Positions 1-14,784 of a DNA stretch of 64,000 nucleotides are shown one piece after another. A model generated the notes under the pieces. It made no database searches, was not told the DNA's origin, and was given only the letters and a program-made list of their open reading frames with translations. Position 1 is the first letter of the stretch, and the number at the start of each line of letters is the position of its first letter. Location: the NCBI GenBank assembly GCA_035651275.1, contig DASRFZ010000189.1, positions 749 to 64,748 on the forward strand. Direction: 5' to 3'. The stretch comes from Mycobacterium sp. Its GTDB lineage: Bacteria > Actinomycetota > Actinomycetes > Mycobacteriales > Mycobacteriaceae. The translations under genes and the position numbers were made by a program.

Positions 1-441
1 CCACCCCGACGGCGAGGCCGGCGATCCCTCCTGCACAGTGCGCGCGTCGACGGACAGCACGATGCATTGCGAGCCGAATTGCCGTGCCAGCTCGGCCAAT
101 AACTCCGGACGCGCGATCGCGGCGGTGTTGACCGACACTTTGTCGGCGCCGGCGCGCAGCAGCATGTCGACGTCCTCCACAGACCGCACACCACCTCCGA
201 CCGTCAGCGGGATGAACACCTGCTCCGCCGTCCGTCGCACGACGTCGAGCATGGTGGCCCGTCCTGACGACGACGCGGTGACGTCAAGGAACGTCAACTC
301 GTCGGCGCCCTCGGAGTCGTAAAGGGCGGCCAATTCGACGGGGTCGCCGGCGTCGCGCAGGTTCGCGAAGTTGACGCCCTTGACGACGCGGCCGTTGTCG
401 ACGTCCAGGCACGGGATGACGCGAACCGCGACGTCGGCCAT
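1..441 (-). CDS. hisF: Imidazole glycerol phosphate synthase cyclase subunit (3' part runs off the window)
   Basis: Manual translation from ATG at 441: [38 protein letters not shown]...[10 protein letters not shown]; TGATG overlap with the impA stop; absent from the ORF track because it is truncated. Confidence 0.96.
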   Translation of the reverse strand, partial: MADVAVRVIPCLDVDNGRVVKGVNFANLRDAGDPVELAALYDSEGADELTFLDVTASSSGRATMLDVVRRTAEQVFIPLTVGGGVRSVEDVDMLLRAGADKVSVNTAAIARPELLAELARQFGSQCIVLSVDARTVQEGSPASPSGW

Positions 442-1259
442 CAGTAATCCTCGGGATCGCCGACGTCGCGCAGAATCTCGAGAATCTGCTCGTGACACCG
501 CGGCACGCCCGCGAGGGCCGACGTCGATTGCGCGGTCCAGTCGTAGCCGGCTAAATCGGTGACGACGCCGCCACCGGCTCTGACAAGAGCCACTCCCGCG
601 GCATGGTCCCAGATGTGGTCGCCGAAACTGATTGCGCCACCGAGTATTCCGGCTGCGGTATAAGCGATGTCGATTCCTGTGGCGCCGCTGATACGCAGCC
701 GCGACGTGACCCGGCTCAGGTGTTCGACTACCGCGAGGCGGTAGCGACCTGGGAACCGGCCGCGCCACTCGACGTTGAACGTGCCGACGCCGATGACCGC
801 ATCCTCCAAGTTTGCGGGTTCCAGCGGCGGAAGCTCGGCTCCGTTGCAGCGCAGAGATTCATCGACGATTCCGGTGAAGCGTTCGTCGGTGAATGGCAAC
901 CAGGTCAGCCCGGCGACCGGCTCGCCGTCCCGCATCAGCCCCAGCAGTATCGCCGCCATCGGCAAACCGGCCGCGTAGTTGAAGGTGCCGTCGATCGGGT
1001 CGAGCACCCACACCATCGGCGAGTTGATGTCGGCGCCGCCGTATTCCTCGCCGTGCACCTCGATACCGGTCGCGGACACCAGCGCGTCGACGACTTCGCG
1101 CTCGATGGCGAGGTCAACCTCGGTGGCGAAATCCTTGCCTTTCTTGCGGACCGCCGAGTCTGCGCCGTGGCCTTCGACGAATTGTTTGGCCGCCTTGTCG
1201 AGAATGGTCGCTGCCGTGTCGACGAGTGCGGCGACGTCGGTGGTGCTCGCCATAGCCAC
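441..1259 (-). CDS. impA: Inositol monophosphatase family protein in the his operon
   Basis: DPIDGT and WDHAAG IMPase motifs; lies between priA and hisF as in mycobacteria; start may be ATG 1253. Confidence 0.9.
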   Translation of the reverse strand: MAMASTTDVAALVDTAATILDKAAKQFVEGHGADSAVRKKGKDFATEVDLAIEREVVDALVSATGIEVHGEEYGGADINSPMVWVLDPIDGTFNYAAGLPMAAILLGLMRDGEPVAGLTWLPFTDERFTGIVDESLRCNGAELPPLEPANLEDAVIGVGTFNVEWRGRFPGRYRLAVVEHLSRVTSRLRISGATGIDIAYTAAGILGGAISFGDHIWDHAAGVALVRAGGGVVTDLAGYDWTAQSTSALAGVPRCHEQILEILRDVGDPEDY

Positions 1260-1997
1260 CTATCCTCCGACTGCCGCGAGCGCCTGCGGCAGCGTGAAAC
1301 GCCCGGCGTAGAGCGCCTTTCCGACGATCGCTCCCTCGACACCGGCGTCGGTGAGCGTGGCGATCTTGCGCAGATCGTCAAGGCTTGACACACCGCCGGA
1401 GGCGATCACCGGCGCGTCGGTACGTTCGGCGACGCTGGCCAACAGCTCGATGTTCGGCCCCATCAGCGTGCCGTCCTTGGTGACGTCGGTGACGACGAAC
1501 CGCGAACAGCCTTCGCTGTCAAGGCGTTCCAGCACTTCCCAGAGATCTCCACCGTCGGTTTCCCAGCCGCGACCGCGCAGGCGGTGCTGGCCGTCGACGA
1601 TCTGCACGTCCAGTCCGACGGCGACCTTGTCGCCGTGGTCGGCGATCGCCGCCGCGCACCACGCCGGGTTCTCCAGTGCCGCTGTGCCGAGGTTGACGCG
1701 CGCGCATCCCGTCGCCAAGGCCGCAGACAATGAGGCGTCGTCGCGGATACCCCCGGACAGTTCGACTTTCACGTCGAGTCTGCCGACGACCTCTGCGAGA
1801 AGCTCGCGGTTCGAGCCCCGTCCGAACGCCGCGTCAAGGTCCACAAGGTGGATCCAGTCCGCGCCGTCGCGCTGCCAACCGAGCGCGGCGTCCAGCGCCG
1901 AGCCGTATTCGGTCTCGCTGCCGGCCTTGCCCTGCATCAGTCGCACGGCGCGCCCCTCGACGACGTCGACCGCGGGCAGCAGGATCAGCGGCGTCAC
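1260..1997 (-). CDS. priA: Bifunctional phosphoribosyl isomerase PriA (HisA/TrpF)
   Basis: [32 protein letters not shown]; GTG start overlaps the hisH stop (GTGA). Confidence 0.95.
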   Translation of the reverse strand: MTPLILLPAVDVVEGRAVRLMQGKAGSETEYGSALDAALGWQRDGADWIHLVDLDAAFGRGSNRELLAEVVGRLDVKVELSGGIRDDASLSAALATGCARVNLGTAALENPAWCAAAIADHGDKVAVGLDVQIVDGQHRLRGRGWETDGGDLWEVLERLDSEGCSRFVVTDVTKDGTLMGPNIELLASVAERTDAPVIASGGVSSLDDLRKIATLTDAGVEGAIVGKALYAGRFTLPQALAAVGG

Positions 1998-2610
1998 AGG
2001 CCATGCACCCAATTGCTCAGCAGCGTCGCTCCCGCGTCCGCGCTCTTCTCGGGGTGAAATTGCGTAGCCGCCAAGGCGCCATCCTCGACAGCCGCAAGAA
2101 ACGAAACGTGATGGGTGGCCCACGTCAGCATGGCGTCCTGGCGGCCCTCCCACCGCTGCGCGGCGTAGGAGTGCACGAAATAGAACCGCGTTTCGGCGTC
2201 GAGACCGGCGAAAAGCCTGCTGTCGGTTCCGGCATCGACCGTATTCCACCCCATGTGCGGGATCACCGGCGCATCCAATCGCGTGACGGCACCGGGCCAT
2301 TGGCCACACCCGACGCTCTCGACACCGAACTCCACGCCGCGGTCGAACAAGATCTGCATTCCCACGCACACGCCCAGAACAGGAGCCTGGGCGTCGAGGC
2401 GCTCGGCGATGATCTTGTCGCCACCGACCGCGCGCAGGCCCGTCATACATGCCTCGAACGCCCCGACACCGGGAACCACCAGCCCGTCGGCGGCGGCGGC
2501 CGCGGCGGGGTCCGCCGTGACCGTCACGTCCGCGCCCACCCGCTCCAGCGCGCGCTGCGCCGACCGGAGGTTACCCGACCCGTAGTCAAGAACCACCACG
2601 GATTTTGCTG

Positions 2611-2614
<4 letters not shown>
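1994..2614 (-). CDS. hisH: Imidazole glycerol phosphate synthase glutaminase subunit
   Basis: [30 protein letters not shown]. Confidence 0.97.
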
Positions 2615-5674
<3,060 letters not shown>

Positions 5675-5713
5675 TACCTCGATTCTCCCCGATCGAGGCA
5701 TCCGAATGAAAAT

Positions 5714-5764
5714 CACTTTTGGCGCGGTGAGGCGCGGTGAGCGCTTCTGAGCGCGCCGAATGTG
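5714..5764. repeat. REP-like imperfect intergenic hairpin containing a tandem 10-mer (ggcgcggtga x2)
   Basis: cacttttggcgcg (5714-5726) pairs with cgcgccgaatgtg (5752-5764), 11/13 matches; lies between the ADH stop and the hisD start. Confidence 0.55.
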
Positions 5765-5770
5765 GTCGTG

Positions 5771-6808
5771 CTAGGCGCGCACGAACACCGTCTTGCCCGT
5801 CATCGCCGGCCACACCGTCGGCGCGTCGTCCCACTCCGCGACGCGTTCGACGACCGATGCGAGGTCACAGCCGCCAGCAATCAATTCGAGCACCTCCGGA
5901 ATCACCGTGCGCGCGTTCACCCGCCCGGTGACGAACCGGACTCCGTGGGTGTACATGGCCAGCAGCGGCATCTCGACACTGCCCTGGAAATAGACGCCGG
6001 TGTCCGTGCACACGCCGTCCGGCCAGGTCAAGCGCAGGGTGGCCGACAGCAGGCTTGGGTCTCTGGCGGTATGCACAGTGACCGGGTACGGATCCCACGA
6101 CCGATCCGGTTTGGCCAGGTCGTGGACGTTCGCGCCCAGCTTCTCGGCAGCTGCGAGCCGATGCTCGTCGGTGTCGACGTAGTCGACCTGGGCGCCGATC
6201 GCCGCTGCGAACGCTGCGGCATACACGCCGATCGAAAGTCCTCCGACGACGAGGACGCGGCGATCGCTCGCGTCAAGCGCGTCCAGCTCGGAGCGGTACG
6301 GGCCAACCGTGCGCCAGCCGTCGGGGACGTTGTCCGACAGCGACGCGATCGCGACCGGGTCGACCGTGCCAGGAACGGAAATCAGCATCGCATCGGCATA
6401 CGGCACCAGCACCACGTCGGCCATGAACCCGCCACCGTCGTGCCCCGATATCGGGGCCATTCCGTACGTCGCCATCAACGGAAGCGAGCTGCACGACCCC
6501 GTGAGGCCGCGACGGCATTCGGGGCAGCTGCCGCAGTTGATCTGGAACGGTACGACCACCCGATCGCCGACGCGCACGCTCGTCACGTCATCGCCGACGG
6601 CGATCACCTCGGCGATTCCCTCGTGACCTACCGCGTGGCCGGGCGGAACCGGCAACACGCCTTGGCTGACTCCCACGTCCAAGTCACAGCATGCGACCGC
6701 GATGGGACGCACCAGTGCCTGCTCGGGGGACGTAATCGCCGGTTCGGGGGCGTCGCGCCACGCGTAGACGTCCGCGTCTTCGAACAGCAGTTGCCGCATC
6801 GTGACCAT
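5771..6808 (-). CDS. Zinc-dependent alcohol dehydrogenase (MDR family)
   Basis: GHE motif, structural Zn CGSCPECRRGLTGSC; atypical nucleotide-binding GGLSIG; start at ATG 6808 or 6799. Confidence 0.85.
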   Translation of the reverse strand: MVTMRQLLFEDADVYAWRDAPEPAITSPEQALVRPIAVACCDLDVGVSQGVLPVPPGHAVGHEGIAEVIAVGDDVTSVRVGDRVVVPFQINCGSCPECRRGLTGSCSSLPLMATYGMAPISGHDGGGFMADVVLVPYADAMLISVPGTVDPVAIASLSDNVPDGWRTVGPYRSELDALDASDRRVLVVGGLSIGVYAAAFAAAIGAQVDYVDTDEHRLAAAEKLGANVHDLAKPDRSWDPYPVTVHTARDPSLLSATLRLTWPDGVCTDTGVYFQGSVEMPLLAMYTHGVRFVTGRVNARTVIPEVLELIAGGCDLASVVERVAEWDDAPTVWPAMTGKTVFVRA

Positions 6809-6809
6809 T

Positions 6810-6827
6810 CTTGAGTAATCACTCAAG
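6810..6827. promoter_or_regulatory. Probable TetR operator (CTTGAGT-aatc-ACTCAAG)
   Basis: Perfect 7-bp inverted repeat between the divergent ADH and TetR starts. Confidence 0.75.
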
Positions 6828-6840
6828 TAAAGTCAATACC

Positions 6841-7410
6841 GTGCCCCGCCCCGATCGCAGCCGCGCGGCGTTGATCGACGCCGCGGCGATCCTGTTCCGC
6901 CGGCAGGGGTATGCGGCGACCGGGCTGAACCAGATCCTCGACGAGGCCGGGGCCAAAGCGGGATCGCTGTATCACCACTTCCCCGGCGGGAAGCAAGAGC
7001 TTGCGGCGGCGGTCGTGGAGTCCGCGGGTGCCCAGATCGGGCAGATCCTGCGCGGGGCGCTCGCACAGGACGTCCCGGCGGCCGTGGTCGTCGAGCGCTG
7101 GCTGGACATGCTGGCCGCCGGGCTGGCCGGCGACCACCGCGACGGGTGCCCGGTCGAGCCCATTGCGACGGAGTCCGTGCACGCCAGCGAATTGGTGCGT
7201 CGCGCCGCGTCGCAGGCCTTCGACAGTTGGAGTGCAGCGCTCGCGGGACGGCTGCAAGCAGACGGATGGGAGCCTGACAGGGCCGACGACACCGCGCTGG
7301 CGGTGCTGTCGCTCATCGAAGGTGCGCTGGTGCTGTCGCGCACGAAAGGTGATGCGGCGGCGCTGAATTCGGCCAAGACAGCCGCGCGGGCTCTGCTCAG
7401 CGCAGGCTAG
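6841..7410 (+). CDS. TetR family regulator (LmrA/YxaF-like)
   Basis: LFRRQGYAATGLNQIL...GSLYHHFPGGKQEL HTH; GCPV in the C-domain; GTG 7 nt after a TAAAGT -10 (leaderless). Confidence 0.9.
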   Translation: MPRPDRSRAALIDAAAILFRRQGYAATGLNQILDEAGAKAGSLYHHFPGGKQELAAAVVESAGAQIGQILRGALAQDVPAAVVVERWLDMLAAGLAGDHRDGCPVEPIATESVHASELVRRAASQAFDSWSAALAGRLQADGWEPDRADDTALAVLSLIEGALVLSRTKGDAAALNSAKTAARALLSAG

Positions 7411-8264
7411 AAATCCAAGCCGATGTCGAGCACGCGCACCGAGTGGGTGAGCGCGCCGACGGAAAGGTAGTCGACGCCCGTCGATGCATACGCGTGCGCG
7501 TTCTCCAGTGACAGCCCGCCAGAGGACTCCAGTTTGACGCCGGGCGCGCGGGCGTCGCGGCGCTGCGCGGCGATCTGCGTCCGCCACACAGGGAAGTTGT
7601 CGAGCAGAACCAGCTCGACGGGTTCGGCGAGCACCTCGTCGAGCTGTTCGAGCGAGTCGACTTCGACTTCGCACGGCAGGTCGGGCGCCGCCGCCCTGAC
7701 TGCGTGCAACGCTGCGACCACCGAGCCCGCCGCAGCGACATGGTTGTCCTTGATCAGCGCCGCGTCGCCCAGCCCCATCCGGTGGTTCTGCCCACCGCCG
7801 ACGCGCACGGCGTACTTCTGCAGCACCCGCAGCCCGGGAAGGGTCTTGCGGGTGTCGCGCACGATCGCGCGGGTGCCGGCGACGGCGTCGACCCAATGCC
7901 GGGTCGTCGTCGCGATCCCGGAGAGGTGGCAGACGAGGTTCAGCATCGTCCGCTCGGCGGTCAGCAGCCCACGCGTCGGCGCCGCGATCCGCAGCGCGGC
8001 GCTGCCCGCGCCGAGCCACTCTCCATCGGCGGTCTTGTCGAGCACCCGGTAGCCACCCATGCCGAGCACCTCGTCGAGCACCAACTGCGCGACCTCGAGT
8101 CCGGCGATGACGCCGGCGTCGCGGGTGACCAGCGCCGCGGTAGTCGTGGCGTCCGCGAGCACGGTCGCCTCGGTGGTGATGTCCGGGCCGTACCGTAGGT
8201 CTTCGTCGAGTGCGCGGCGAATCACCGCACGAGCCTCGGCGACCTCGTGCTCGGTGAGTCGCAT
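7407..8264 (-). CDS. nadC: Nicotinate-nucleotide pyrophosphorylase
   Basis: DTRKTLPGLR, HRMGLGDAALIKDNH, EVEVD, LLDN. Confidence 0.97.
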   Translation of the reverse strand: MRLTEHEVAEARAVIRRALDEDLRYGPDITTEATVLADATTTAALVTRDAGVIAGLEVAQLVLDEVLGMGGYRVLDKTADGEWLGAGSAALRIAAPTRGLLTAERTMLNLVCHLSGIATTTRHWVDAVAGTRAIVRDTRKTLPGLRVLQKYAVRVGGGQNHRMGLGDAALIKDNHVAAAGSVVAALHAVRAAAPDLPCEVEVDSLEQLDEVLAEPVELVLLDNFPVWRTQIAAQRRDARAPGVKLESSGGLSLENAHAYASTGVDYLSVGALTHSVRVLDIGLDF

Positions 8265-9823
8265 CAGGAGCAGGCCCCGGCCGGCACCGGCGCCTCGACG
8301 ACGACACTGCCGTCGGACGCCAGCCGCAGGGTGGTGCTTCTGGCCTGCGCGGGATCGGCATCCGGATCATCGCTTCGATGGTGACAGCCGCGTGTCTCGG
8401 CACGGGCCAGCGCCGCAGCAGTTACCGCTCGGGCAGTGACGGTCAGCGCGATGTCCTCGGCGTCCGCGCGCGTGTGTGCCGACCGAACAGGTGCGGTGCT
8501 GAGCTCCTGCGCGAGACGGGTGAGACCCTCAGCGTCGCGCACGACCGAGGCGTGCGCCGTCATAGCGCGCTGAAGGTACTTGCGGGACAACGCATCACGC
8601 GTGACCGTCACCGCCGGTGACGCCGTCACGGGGCCGCGGGCGAGCGCGTGTGTTGCGGCGGCTCTACCAGCCCGGCCACCGACGACCAGACCCTCGAGCA
8701 GACTGTTGGACGCCAACCGGTTCGCGCCGTGCAGTCCGGTGCGCGCGACTTCCCCCGCCGCGTAGAGACCCGCAAGGTCCGTGCAGCCGTCCACGTCGGT
8801 GACGACACCCCCGCAGCTGTAATGCGCGCCTGGCACGACGGGAATCAACTCGCGAGTCGGGTCGATTCCGGCGCCTCGACACGCCGCGGTGATAGTCGGG
8901 AACCGGTCTGCGAGGTTCGGGACAGCGCGCGCGTCGAGGTAGGCGCAGCGATCGCCGGTGCTGCGCAGCCGCGCATCGATCGCGCCGGCGACTACGTCGC
9001 GAGGTGCTAAATCGCCCATCGGGTGAACGCCCGCAGTGATCGACCTGCCCTGCGCGTCAACGAGTTTGGCGCCTTCTCCGCGCAGTGCCTCGGTGATCAA
9101 CGGTCGCCGTCCGTCGCGTCCGTCGAACAACATCGTTGGGTGGAACTGGATGAACTCGATGTCGCTGACCGCAACTCCGGCCCACAGCGCCAGCGCGATG
9201 CCGTCGCCCGTCGAGCCCGGCGGGTTGGTGGTGGCGAGGTACATGTTGCCGAGCCCGCCAGTCGCCAAGATCACAGCCGGTGCGTGTACGACGCCCACGC
9301 CGTCGTCGTTGACCACTTCCACCCCGGTGATGCCCTCGGTATCGGAAAGTAGTTGCAGGGCAACGTGATTGCGGCGGATGTCCAGCGAAGCGGCCGCGTG
9401 ATCGAGCGCGCGCTGCACCTCGGCGCCGGTCGCGTCACCGCCGGCGTGAATGATCCTGCGCGTGGAATGCCCGCCCTCGCGGGTCAGCGCCCATTGGCCA
9501 GGTGCGCTCTCGTCGAATTGAGCTCCGGCAGAACACAATTCGGTGACCGCACAATAGCCGTCGGCGACGATCGAGCGAACCGCGTCGGGGTCACACAATC
9601 CTCCGCCTGCCGCCACGGTGTCGTTCACGTGGGCATCGATGGAGTCCTCGGTCTGCGGCAGCACGACCGCGATGCCGCCCTGCGCGTAGAACGTCGCGGT
9701 GTTGCCGGCCTTGCTCAACACCATGACCGTGGCACCGCGCCGGGATGCGGCCAGGGCAGCCGCCAGACCGGCGACCCCCGTGCCGATCACCACGACGTCG
9801 GCACGCGCCTGCCAGTCGCTCAT
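8264..9823 (-). CDS. nadB: L-aspartate oxidase
   Basis: [45 protein letters not shown]. Confidence 0.96.
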   Translation of the reverse strand: MSDWQARADVVVIGTGVAGLAAALAASRRGATVMVLSKAGNTATFYAQGGIAVVLPQTEDSIDAHVNDTVAAGGGLCDPDAVRSIVADGYCAVTELCSAGAQFDESAPGQWALTREGGHSTRRIIHAGGDATGAEVQRALDHAAASLDIRRNHVALQLLSDTEGITGVEVVNDDGVGVVHAPAVILATGGLGNMYLATTNPPGSTGDGIALALWAGVAVSDIEFIQFHPTMLFDGRDGRRPLITEALRGEGAKLVDAQGRSITAGVHPMGDLAPRDVVAGAIDARLRSTGDRCAYLDARAVPNLADRFPTITAACRGAGIDPTRELIPVVPGAHYSCGGVVTDVDGCTDLAGLYAAGEVARTGLHGANRLASNSLLEGLVVGGRAGRAAATHALARGPVTASPAVTVTRDALSRKYLQRAMTAHASVVRDAEGLTRLAQELSTAPVRSAHTRADAEDIALTVTARAVTAAALARAETRGCHHRSDDPDADPAQARSTTLRLASDGSVVVEAPVPAGACS

Positions 9824-10821
9824 TCGCCGCCGCCGGGCTGGCCGATCTCGATCATCCGCTGCACGCTGCGGCGCGCCAACCGCGCGATCTCGGGATCAAC
9901 GTCGACTTCGTCGACACCGTCTGTGAGGCAGCGCAGCAATGCGGCCGGGGTGATCATCTTCATGTACTTGCACGACGCCCGGTCGTTGACCGCCCGGAAG
10001 TCGACTTCCGGTGCGGCCCTGCGCAATTGATGCAGCATGCCAACCTCGGTGGCGACGAGGACCTGCCGTGCATGGGTTCCGCGCGCCGCCTCGAGCATGC
10101 CACCAGTGGACAAGATCTTGACGCGTTCGGGCGGCACTGCCCCCTCACCGGCGAGGTACAACGCCGACGTCGCGCATCCGCATTCGGGGTGCACGTACAA
10201 CTCTGCGTCGGGGTGCGAGCGCGCCTGGTTGGCCAATTCGTCGCCGTTGATGCCGGCGTGGACATGACATTCGCCCGCCCATATGTGCAGATTTTTGCGG
10301 CCTGTCACCCGTCGCACGTGCGCGCCGAGGAACTGGTCCGGGCAGAACAGCACCTCGCGGTCCTCGGGAATGGACGCGACGACGTCGACGGCGTTGGCCG
10401 AGGTGCAGCAGACGTCCGTGAGCGCTTTCACCGCCGCGGTGGTGTTGACGTAGGACACGACGACGGCGCCGGGATGGTCGGCCTTCCACGCCGCTAACTC
10501 GTCGGCGGTGATCGAGTCGGCCAGAGAACACCCGGCCCGCTGGTCCGGGATCAGCACGGTCTTGTCTGGGCTGAGGATCTTGGCCGTCTCGGCCATGAAA
10601 TGCACGCCGCAGAACACGATGGTCTGCTCGGGCGCCTCGGCGGCGATGCGGGACAACGCGAGCGAGTCGCCGACATGGTCAGCGACGTCCTGGATGGCCG
10701 GGATCTGGTAGTTGTGCGCGAGAAGCGTCGCGTCGCGCTGTTTGGCGAGTCGACGGACCTCGGCGGCCCACGCAGCATCCGGCTCCACGCCTGTGTAGGG
10801 GCCGTCCTGAAGGATCGTCAT
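9820..10821 (-). CDS. nadA: Quinolinate synthase A
   Basis: [33 protein letters not shown]; GAGGAG RBS before ATG 10821. Confidence 0.96.
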   Translation of the reverse strand: MTILQDGPYTGVEPDAAWAAEVRRLAKQRDATLLAHNYQIPAIQDVADHVGDSLALSRIAAEAPEQTIVFCGVHFMAETAKILSPDKTVLIPDQRAGCSLADSITADELAAWKADHPGAVVVSYVNTTAAVKALTDVCCTSANAVDVVASIPEDREVLFCPDQFLGAHVRRVTGRKNLHIWAGECHVHAGINGDELANQARSHPDAELYVHPECGCATSALYLAGEGAVPPERVKILSTGGMLEAARGTHARQVLVATEVGMLHQLRRAAPEVDFRAVNDRASCKYMKMITPAALLRCLTDGVDEVDVDPEIARLARRSVQRMIEIGQPGGGE

Positions 10822-10843
10822 CGCCGCGCTCTCCTCAAGGGTA

Positions 10844-10866
10844 GTTTTCGACTTATAATCGAAAAC
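10844..10866. promoter_or_regulatory. NrtR operator, 23-bp palindrome GTTTTCGA-cttataa-TCGAAAAC, overlapping the TATAAT -10 of leaderless nrtR
   Basis: Perfect 8-bp inverted repeat between nadA and nrtR; matches the mycobacterial NrtR box as recalled. Confidence 0.9.
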
Positions 10867-11559
10867 ATGCCACATACTAGCACCGAGCACGAGGTGCTCG
10901 CGGTCGTGTTCCAGGTTCGCCACCTCGACACACCGGATCCGGAGCTCAGCGTGCTGCTGTGGGAACGGGCGATGAATCCGCAGCGTGGCACCTGGTCGTT
11001 GCCCGGGGGCCGGCTGCGCGATGACGAGGACATGACCAGCTCAATTCGCCGTCAGCTGGCCGAAAAAGTGGACCTGCGTGAGATAGCTCACCTGGAGCAG
11101 TTGGCTGTGTTTTCGGACCCGGCGAGGGTGCCGGACACGCGAACCATCGCGTCGACGTTCCTCGGATTGGTGCCCTCCCCCGCGACGCCCGCCCTGCCGC
11201 CGGATACTCGATGGCATCCCGTCGGTGCGCTGCCGACGATGGCATTCGACCACGAACCGATGGTGGAGTACGCGCGAGCCCGGCTCGGAGCGAAACTGTC
11301 TTACACGAATATCGGATTCGCCTTGGCGCCAAAGGAATTCGCATTGTCGTCCCTGCGCGACATCTACGGTGCGGCGCTGGGCTATCAGGTGGACGCCACC
11401 AACCTGCAGCGCGTGCTGGCCCGTCGCGGCGTGATCACACCGACCGGCGGGACCGCGCGGTCCGGACGAAGCGGGGGCAGGCCGGCCGCGCTGTACCAAT
11501 TCACCGAGTCCCAATACCGCGTCACCGACGAATTCGCCGCGTTGCGGCCGCCCGGGTGA
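10867..11559 (+). CDS. nrtR: Nudix-related transcriptional regulator of NAD synthesis
   Basis: N-terminal Nudix (WSLPGG, HLEQL, FDH) plus winged helix ([15 protein letters not shown]); divergent from nadA. Confidence 0.92.
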   Translation: MPHTSTEHEVLAVVFQVRHLDTPDPELSVLLWERAMNPQRGTWSLPGGRLRDDEDMTSSIRRQLAEKVDLREIAHLEQLAVFSDPARVPDTRTIASTFLGLVPSPATPALPPDTRWHPVGALPTMAFDHEPMVEYARARLGAKLSYTNIGFALAPKEFALSSLRDIYGAALGYQVDATNLQRVLARRGVITPTGGTARSGRSGGRPAALYQFTESQYRVTDEFAALRPPG

Positions 11560-11570
11560 GTCGACTGGAT

Positions 11571-11587
11571 TCTTAATGGCTTCTTAA
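11571..11587. promoter_or_regulatory. Direct repeat TCTTAA-N5-TCTTAA upstream of the lipase gene
   Basis: 11-bp periodic AT-rich hexamer pair in a GC-rich genome. Confidence 0.4.
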
Positions 11588-11655
11588 GGTAAGAATGCCG
11601 GGGGGCTACCAAAGATCGACTTTTTCGCCCGAACGCTCATCGGAGAGGTGTTCAC

Positions 11656-13008
11656 ATGACGTCTGCCAGGCCGGCGACGACCACCGGTGCTGAGTGGATC
11701 GGCCGCGAGCCTCACCAGGAGGTTCAGCGCGGTCGCCCCGTGCTCCCCGAGAACGATCCGTTCTACGACCCGCCGCAGGGCTTCGAGCACGCCGCGCCCG
11801 GAACGGTGTTGCGGTCGCGTGACGTCGAGCTGGCGTTCATGGGCCTCGTCAAGCAAGAGTTCACCGCCACCCAGTTGCTGTACCGGTCCAACGACCGTCA
11901 TGGCACCCCGGAAGCGACCGTGACGACCGTGCTCGTGCCCGCCGAACGCGGCCCCGAGGACGTCTGCCCGGTGGTGTCGTATCAATGCGCGATCGACGCG
12001 ATCGCTTCGCGCTGCTTTCCGTCGTACGCGTTGCGCCGCGGTGCGTTCGCCGTCGGCGCCCTGGCACAGTTCGAGCTGCTGCTGATCAGCGCCGCTTTGG
12101 CGGAGGGCTGGGCGGTCGCGGTGCCCGACCACGAGGGCTCCCACGGCATCTGGGGCGCGCCGTATGAGCCGGGCTACCGGATTCTCGACGGCGTCCGGGC
12201 CGCGCTTTCCTGTGAGCGCCTCGGCCTGGCCGCTACGGCTCCGATCGGCTTATGGGGTTATTCGGGCGGCGGATTGGCATCGTCATGGGCCGCCGAAGTC
12301 GCGGCCGACTATGCGCCCGAGCTGAATCTCGTTGGCGCCGTGCTTGGTTCGCCCGTCGGCGACCTGGGCAGCACCTTCCGCCGACTCAACGGTTCGTTCT
12401 ATTCCGGTTTGCCCGCGATGGTCGTCGCCGCCCTGGGCCACGTCTATCCGGAGCTCGACCGGGTGATCAAGCGCCATGCCACCGACGAGGGTCGCAAGCT
12501 GCTCGAGTCGTTGGAGCGGATGACGACCGTCGAGGCCGTGCTGCGGATGATCCGCAAGGACATGGACTCCTACGTGGACAGGCCGCTGGAGGAAATCCTC
12601 GACGAGCCCGAGGTGCAGCACGTATTCGCCGACATCAAGCTCGGCAAGACCGCGCCCAGCCTTCCGGTCCTCGTCGTGCAGGCCGTGCACGACAAGATCG
12701 TGTCCGTCGACGACATCGACGAGCTGACCGACAACTACCGCGCGGGCGGGACCACCGTCACCTACCACCGCGACCGGTTCTGCGAGCACATGCTGCTGCA
12801 CCCGTTGTCGGCGCCGATGACGTTGCGTTGGCTTCGTGACCGCTTCGCCGGGCGACCGGTCAACGAGCACATTGTGCGGACAACCTGGCCGACGCTGTTC
12901 AATCCGTCGACGTACGTCGGGATGGTACGACTTGTGAAGATCGCCGCGAAGGTCATCACCGGGCGCACGGTCGAGCGCTGTCCGCTGTCCTACGCTGACG
13001 CAGGCTAA
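11656..13008 (+). CDS. Secretory lipase family protein (Rv1592c-like)
   Basis: YQCAID, PDHEG, GYSGG nucleophile elbow, HD and EH catalytic residues. Confidence 0.88.
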   Translation: MTSARPATTTGAEWIGREPHQEVQRGRPVLPENDPFYDPPQGFEHAAPGTVLRSRDVELAFMGLVKQEFTATQLLYRSNDRHGTPEATVTTVLVPAERGPEDVCPVVSYQCAIDAIASRCFPSYALRRGAFAVGALAQFELLLISAALAEGWAVAVPDHEGSHGIWGAPYEPGYRILDGVRAALSCERLGLAATAPIGLWGYSGGGLASSWAAEVAADYAPELNLVGAVLGSPVGDLGSTFRRLNGSFYSGLPAMVVAALGHVYPELDRVIKRHATDEGRKLLESLERMTTVEAVLRMIRKDMDSYVDRPLEEILDEPEVQHVFADIKLGKTAPSLPVLVVQAVHDKIVSVDDIDELTDNYRAGGTTVTYHRDRFCEHMLLHPLSAPMTLRWLRDRFAGRPVNEHIVRTTWPTLFNPSTYVGMVRLVKIAAKVITGRTVERCPLSYADAG

Positions 13009-13571
13009 TTCGCGACGGGCGCGTCCTCGGTTTCCGCGACCTCCGGCATGACGCCGAGGTTGTCGTGGGCCGATCCGGCGGCCATCGCCGCGCAGACGAG
13101 GGCGGCCGCTGCGGCGGGTAAGAGCAACACCGTGATGATCTGCAGCGGACTGTGGCCGAAGAACACTGACGGTGCTTCGGTGAAGTAGTGAAGCTTGTGA
13201 TCGGCGGGGACCGTTCCAATGTCGAAGTGGCCGTAGCGAAGTCGAACGAGGCCGGCGCCGACGCCGGCAGCCGCGCCGGCAGCCGTGATTCCGCCCGCGG
13301 TCAGCGCCATCACCATGGCGGGACCGCGACGCTGCCGAAATTGCCACATCAGCACCGCGCTGACGATCGCCAATCCCACCAGCAGGCCGAACATCATCAC
13401 CGCGGAGTCGAAGAAGTGGTCCGCCTCGTTTCCGAGGTATTCGTGAATTCGCTTGCCCGACTTGGACACTGCGGCGACGCTGTGCACCGGCGGCGCGATC
13501 CACGCCCAGAGGGCACCGGCAACGGCACCGGCAACGGCCATGCCCGCCACCACTGCGAGCCACAATTTCAC
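13005..13571 (-). CDS. DUF2567-like membrane protein (Rv1591-like)
   Basis: Hydrophobic helices, [16 protein letters not shown]; GTGA overlap with bsaP; syntenic position. Confidence 0.75.
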   Translation of the reverse strand: MKLWLAVVAGMAVAGAVAGALWAWIAPPVHSVAAVSKSGKRIHEYLGNEADHFFDSAVMMFGLLVGLAIVSAVLMWQFRQRRGPAMVMALTAGGITAAGAAAGVGAGLVRLRYGHFDIGTVPADHKLHYFTEAPSVFFGHSPLQIITVLLLPAAAAALVCAAMAAGSAHDNLGVMPEVAETEDAPVAN

Positions 13572-13768
13572 CGCTTCGTCTCCAAGTCTTTCGAGTCCAG
13601 CTCCCCGTGCCGCGAACATCGGGCCGTCCACCCGTCGGGGCGCACCTGCACGATCATTCGCCGCCCGCACTCGGCACAGTAGCGCGGCGGCTCGAGCCCG
13701 AGCCGTGCCGCCATCGGAGTGCCGCTGCCCGCCGGTTCGCCCGTGTAGACGTTGAAATTTTCTGCCAT
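13568..13768 (-). CDS. bsaP: Biotin synthase auxiliary protein BsaP (Rv1590-like)
   Basis: [26 protein letters not shown]; directly downstream of bioB. Confidence 0.88.
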   Translation of the reverse strand: MAENFNVYTGEPAGSGTPMAARLGLEPPRYCAECGRRMIVQVRPDGWTARCSRHGELDSKDLETKR

Positions 13769-13770
13769 CA

Positions 13771-14766
13771 CTACAGCGTGGCGTTCAGTGCCTTGATCGG
13801 CATCTGAAGGTCGTCGAGCAGCTCGAGATCGGACTCCGCCGGCCGGCCCAGGGTGGTCAGGTAGTTGCCGACGATAACCGCGTTGATGCCGCCGAGAATC
13901 CCCTGCTTGGCGCCGAGGTCGCCGAGTGTGATTTCGCGCCCGCCCGCGAACCGCAGCATCGTGCGCGGAAGCGCCAGCCGGAACGCCGCGACGGCTTTGA
14001 GCGCTTCAGGCACCGGCAGCACGTCCAGGTCGCCGAACGGCGTGCCGGGACGCGGGTTGAGGAAGTTCAGTGGGACCTCATCGGGTTCCAATTCAGCTAG
14101 CTGGCAAGCGAATTCGGCGCGCTGCTCGAGCGTCTCCCCCATCCCGAGGATGCCTCCGCAACACACCTCCATGCCCGCGTCGCGCACCATCAACAGCGTG
14201 TGCCAGCGCTCCTCCCACGTGTGCGTCGTCACGACATTGGTGAAGTAGGACCGTGCCGTCTCCAAGTTGTGGTTGTAGCGGTGCACGCCCATCGCGGAAA
14301 GCTCGTCGACCTGATCCTGGCGGAGCATGCCCAGCGAGCACGCGATCTGGATGTCGACCTCGTTGCGGATCGCCTCGATACCCGCGGCCACCTGGGCCAG
14401 CAGCCGCTCGTCGGGTCCCCGCACCGCCGCGACGATGCAGAATTCCGTCGCGCCGGTCTTCGCGGTCTGCTTGGCGGCCTCGACAAGGCTCGGAATGTCC
14501 AACCAAGCGCTGCGCACCGGCGACGCGAACAGCCCGGACTGCGAGCAGAAATGGCAGTCCTCGGGGCAGCCGCCCGTCTTGAGGCTGATGATGCCCTCGA
14601 CCTCGACCTCGGGGCCGCACCAGCGCATCCGCACCTCGTGGGCCAGCGCGAGCAGCTCGTCGACCTGCTCGTCGGGTAGCCGCAGCACCTGAAGCACCTG
14701 GTCCTCGCGCAGGCCTTCGCCGCGTTCCAGCACTTGCTCGCGGGCCTGTTCCAGAATGTCGGTCAC
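13771..14766 (-). CDS. bioB: Biotin synthase
   Basis: [11 protein letters not shown] radical SAM motif, [26 protein letters not shown]. Confidence 0.97.
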   Translation of the reverse strand: MTDILEQAREQVLERGEGLREDQVLQVLRLPDEQVDELLALAHEVRMRWCGPEVEVEGIISLKTGGCPEDCHFCSQSGLFASPVRSAWLDIPSLVEAAKQTAKTGATEFCIVAAVRGPDERLLAQVAAGIEAIRNEVDIQIACSLGMLRQDQVDELSAMGVHRYNHNLETARSYFTNVVTTHTWEERWHTLLMVRDAGMEVCCGGILGMGETLEQRAEFACQLAELEPDEVPLNFLNPRPGTPFGDLDVLPVPEALKAVAAFRLALPRTMLRFAGGREITLGDLGAKQGILGGINAVIVGNYLTTLGRPAESDLELLDDLQMPIKALNATL

Positions 14767-14784
14767 GGTGCTCCTTAGCTCACT

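Noticed and set aside
5721-5740. Tandem 10-mer as a CRISPR or his attenuator
   Set aside because: Only two copies, no spacers or cas genes, and no His-codon-rich leader peptide upstream of hisD.
6823-8403. 526-aa Arg/Gly-rich minus-strand ORF and similar low-complexity alternative-frame ORFs across the window
   Set aside because: Off-frame readings of nadC, TetR and other genes; composition (R/A/G/P-rich) is that of GC-rich non-coding frames.
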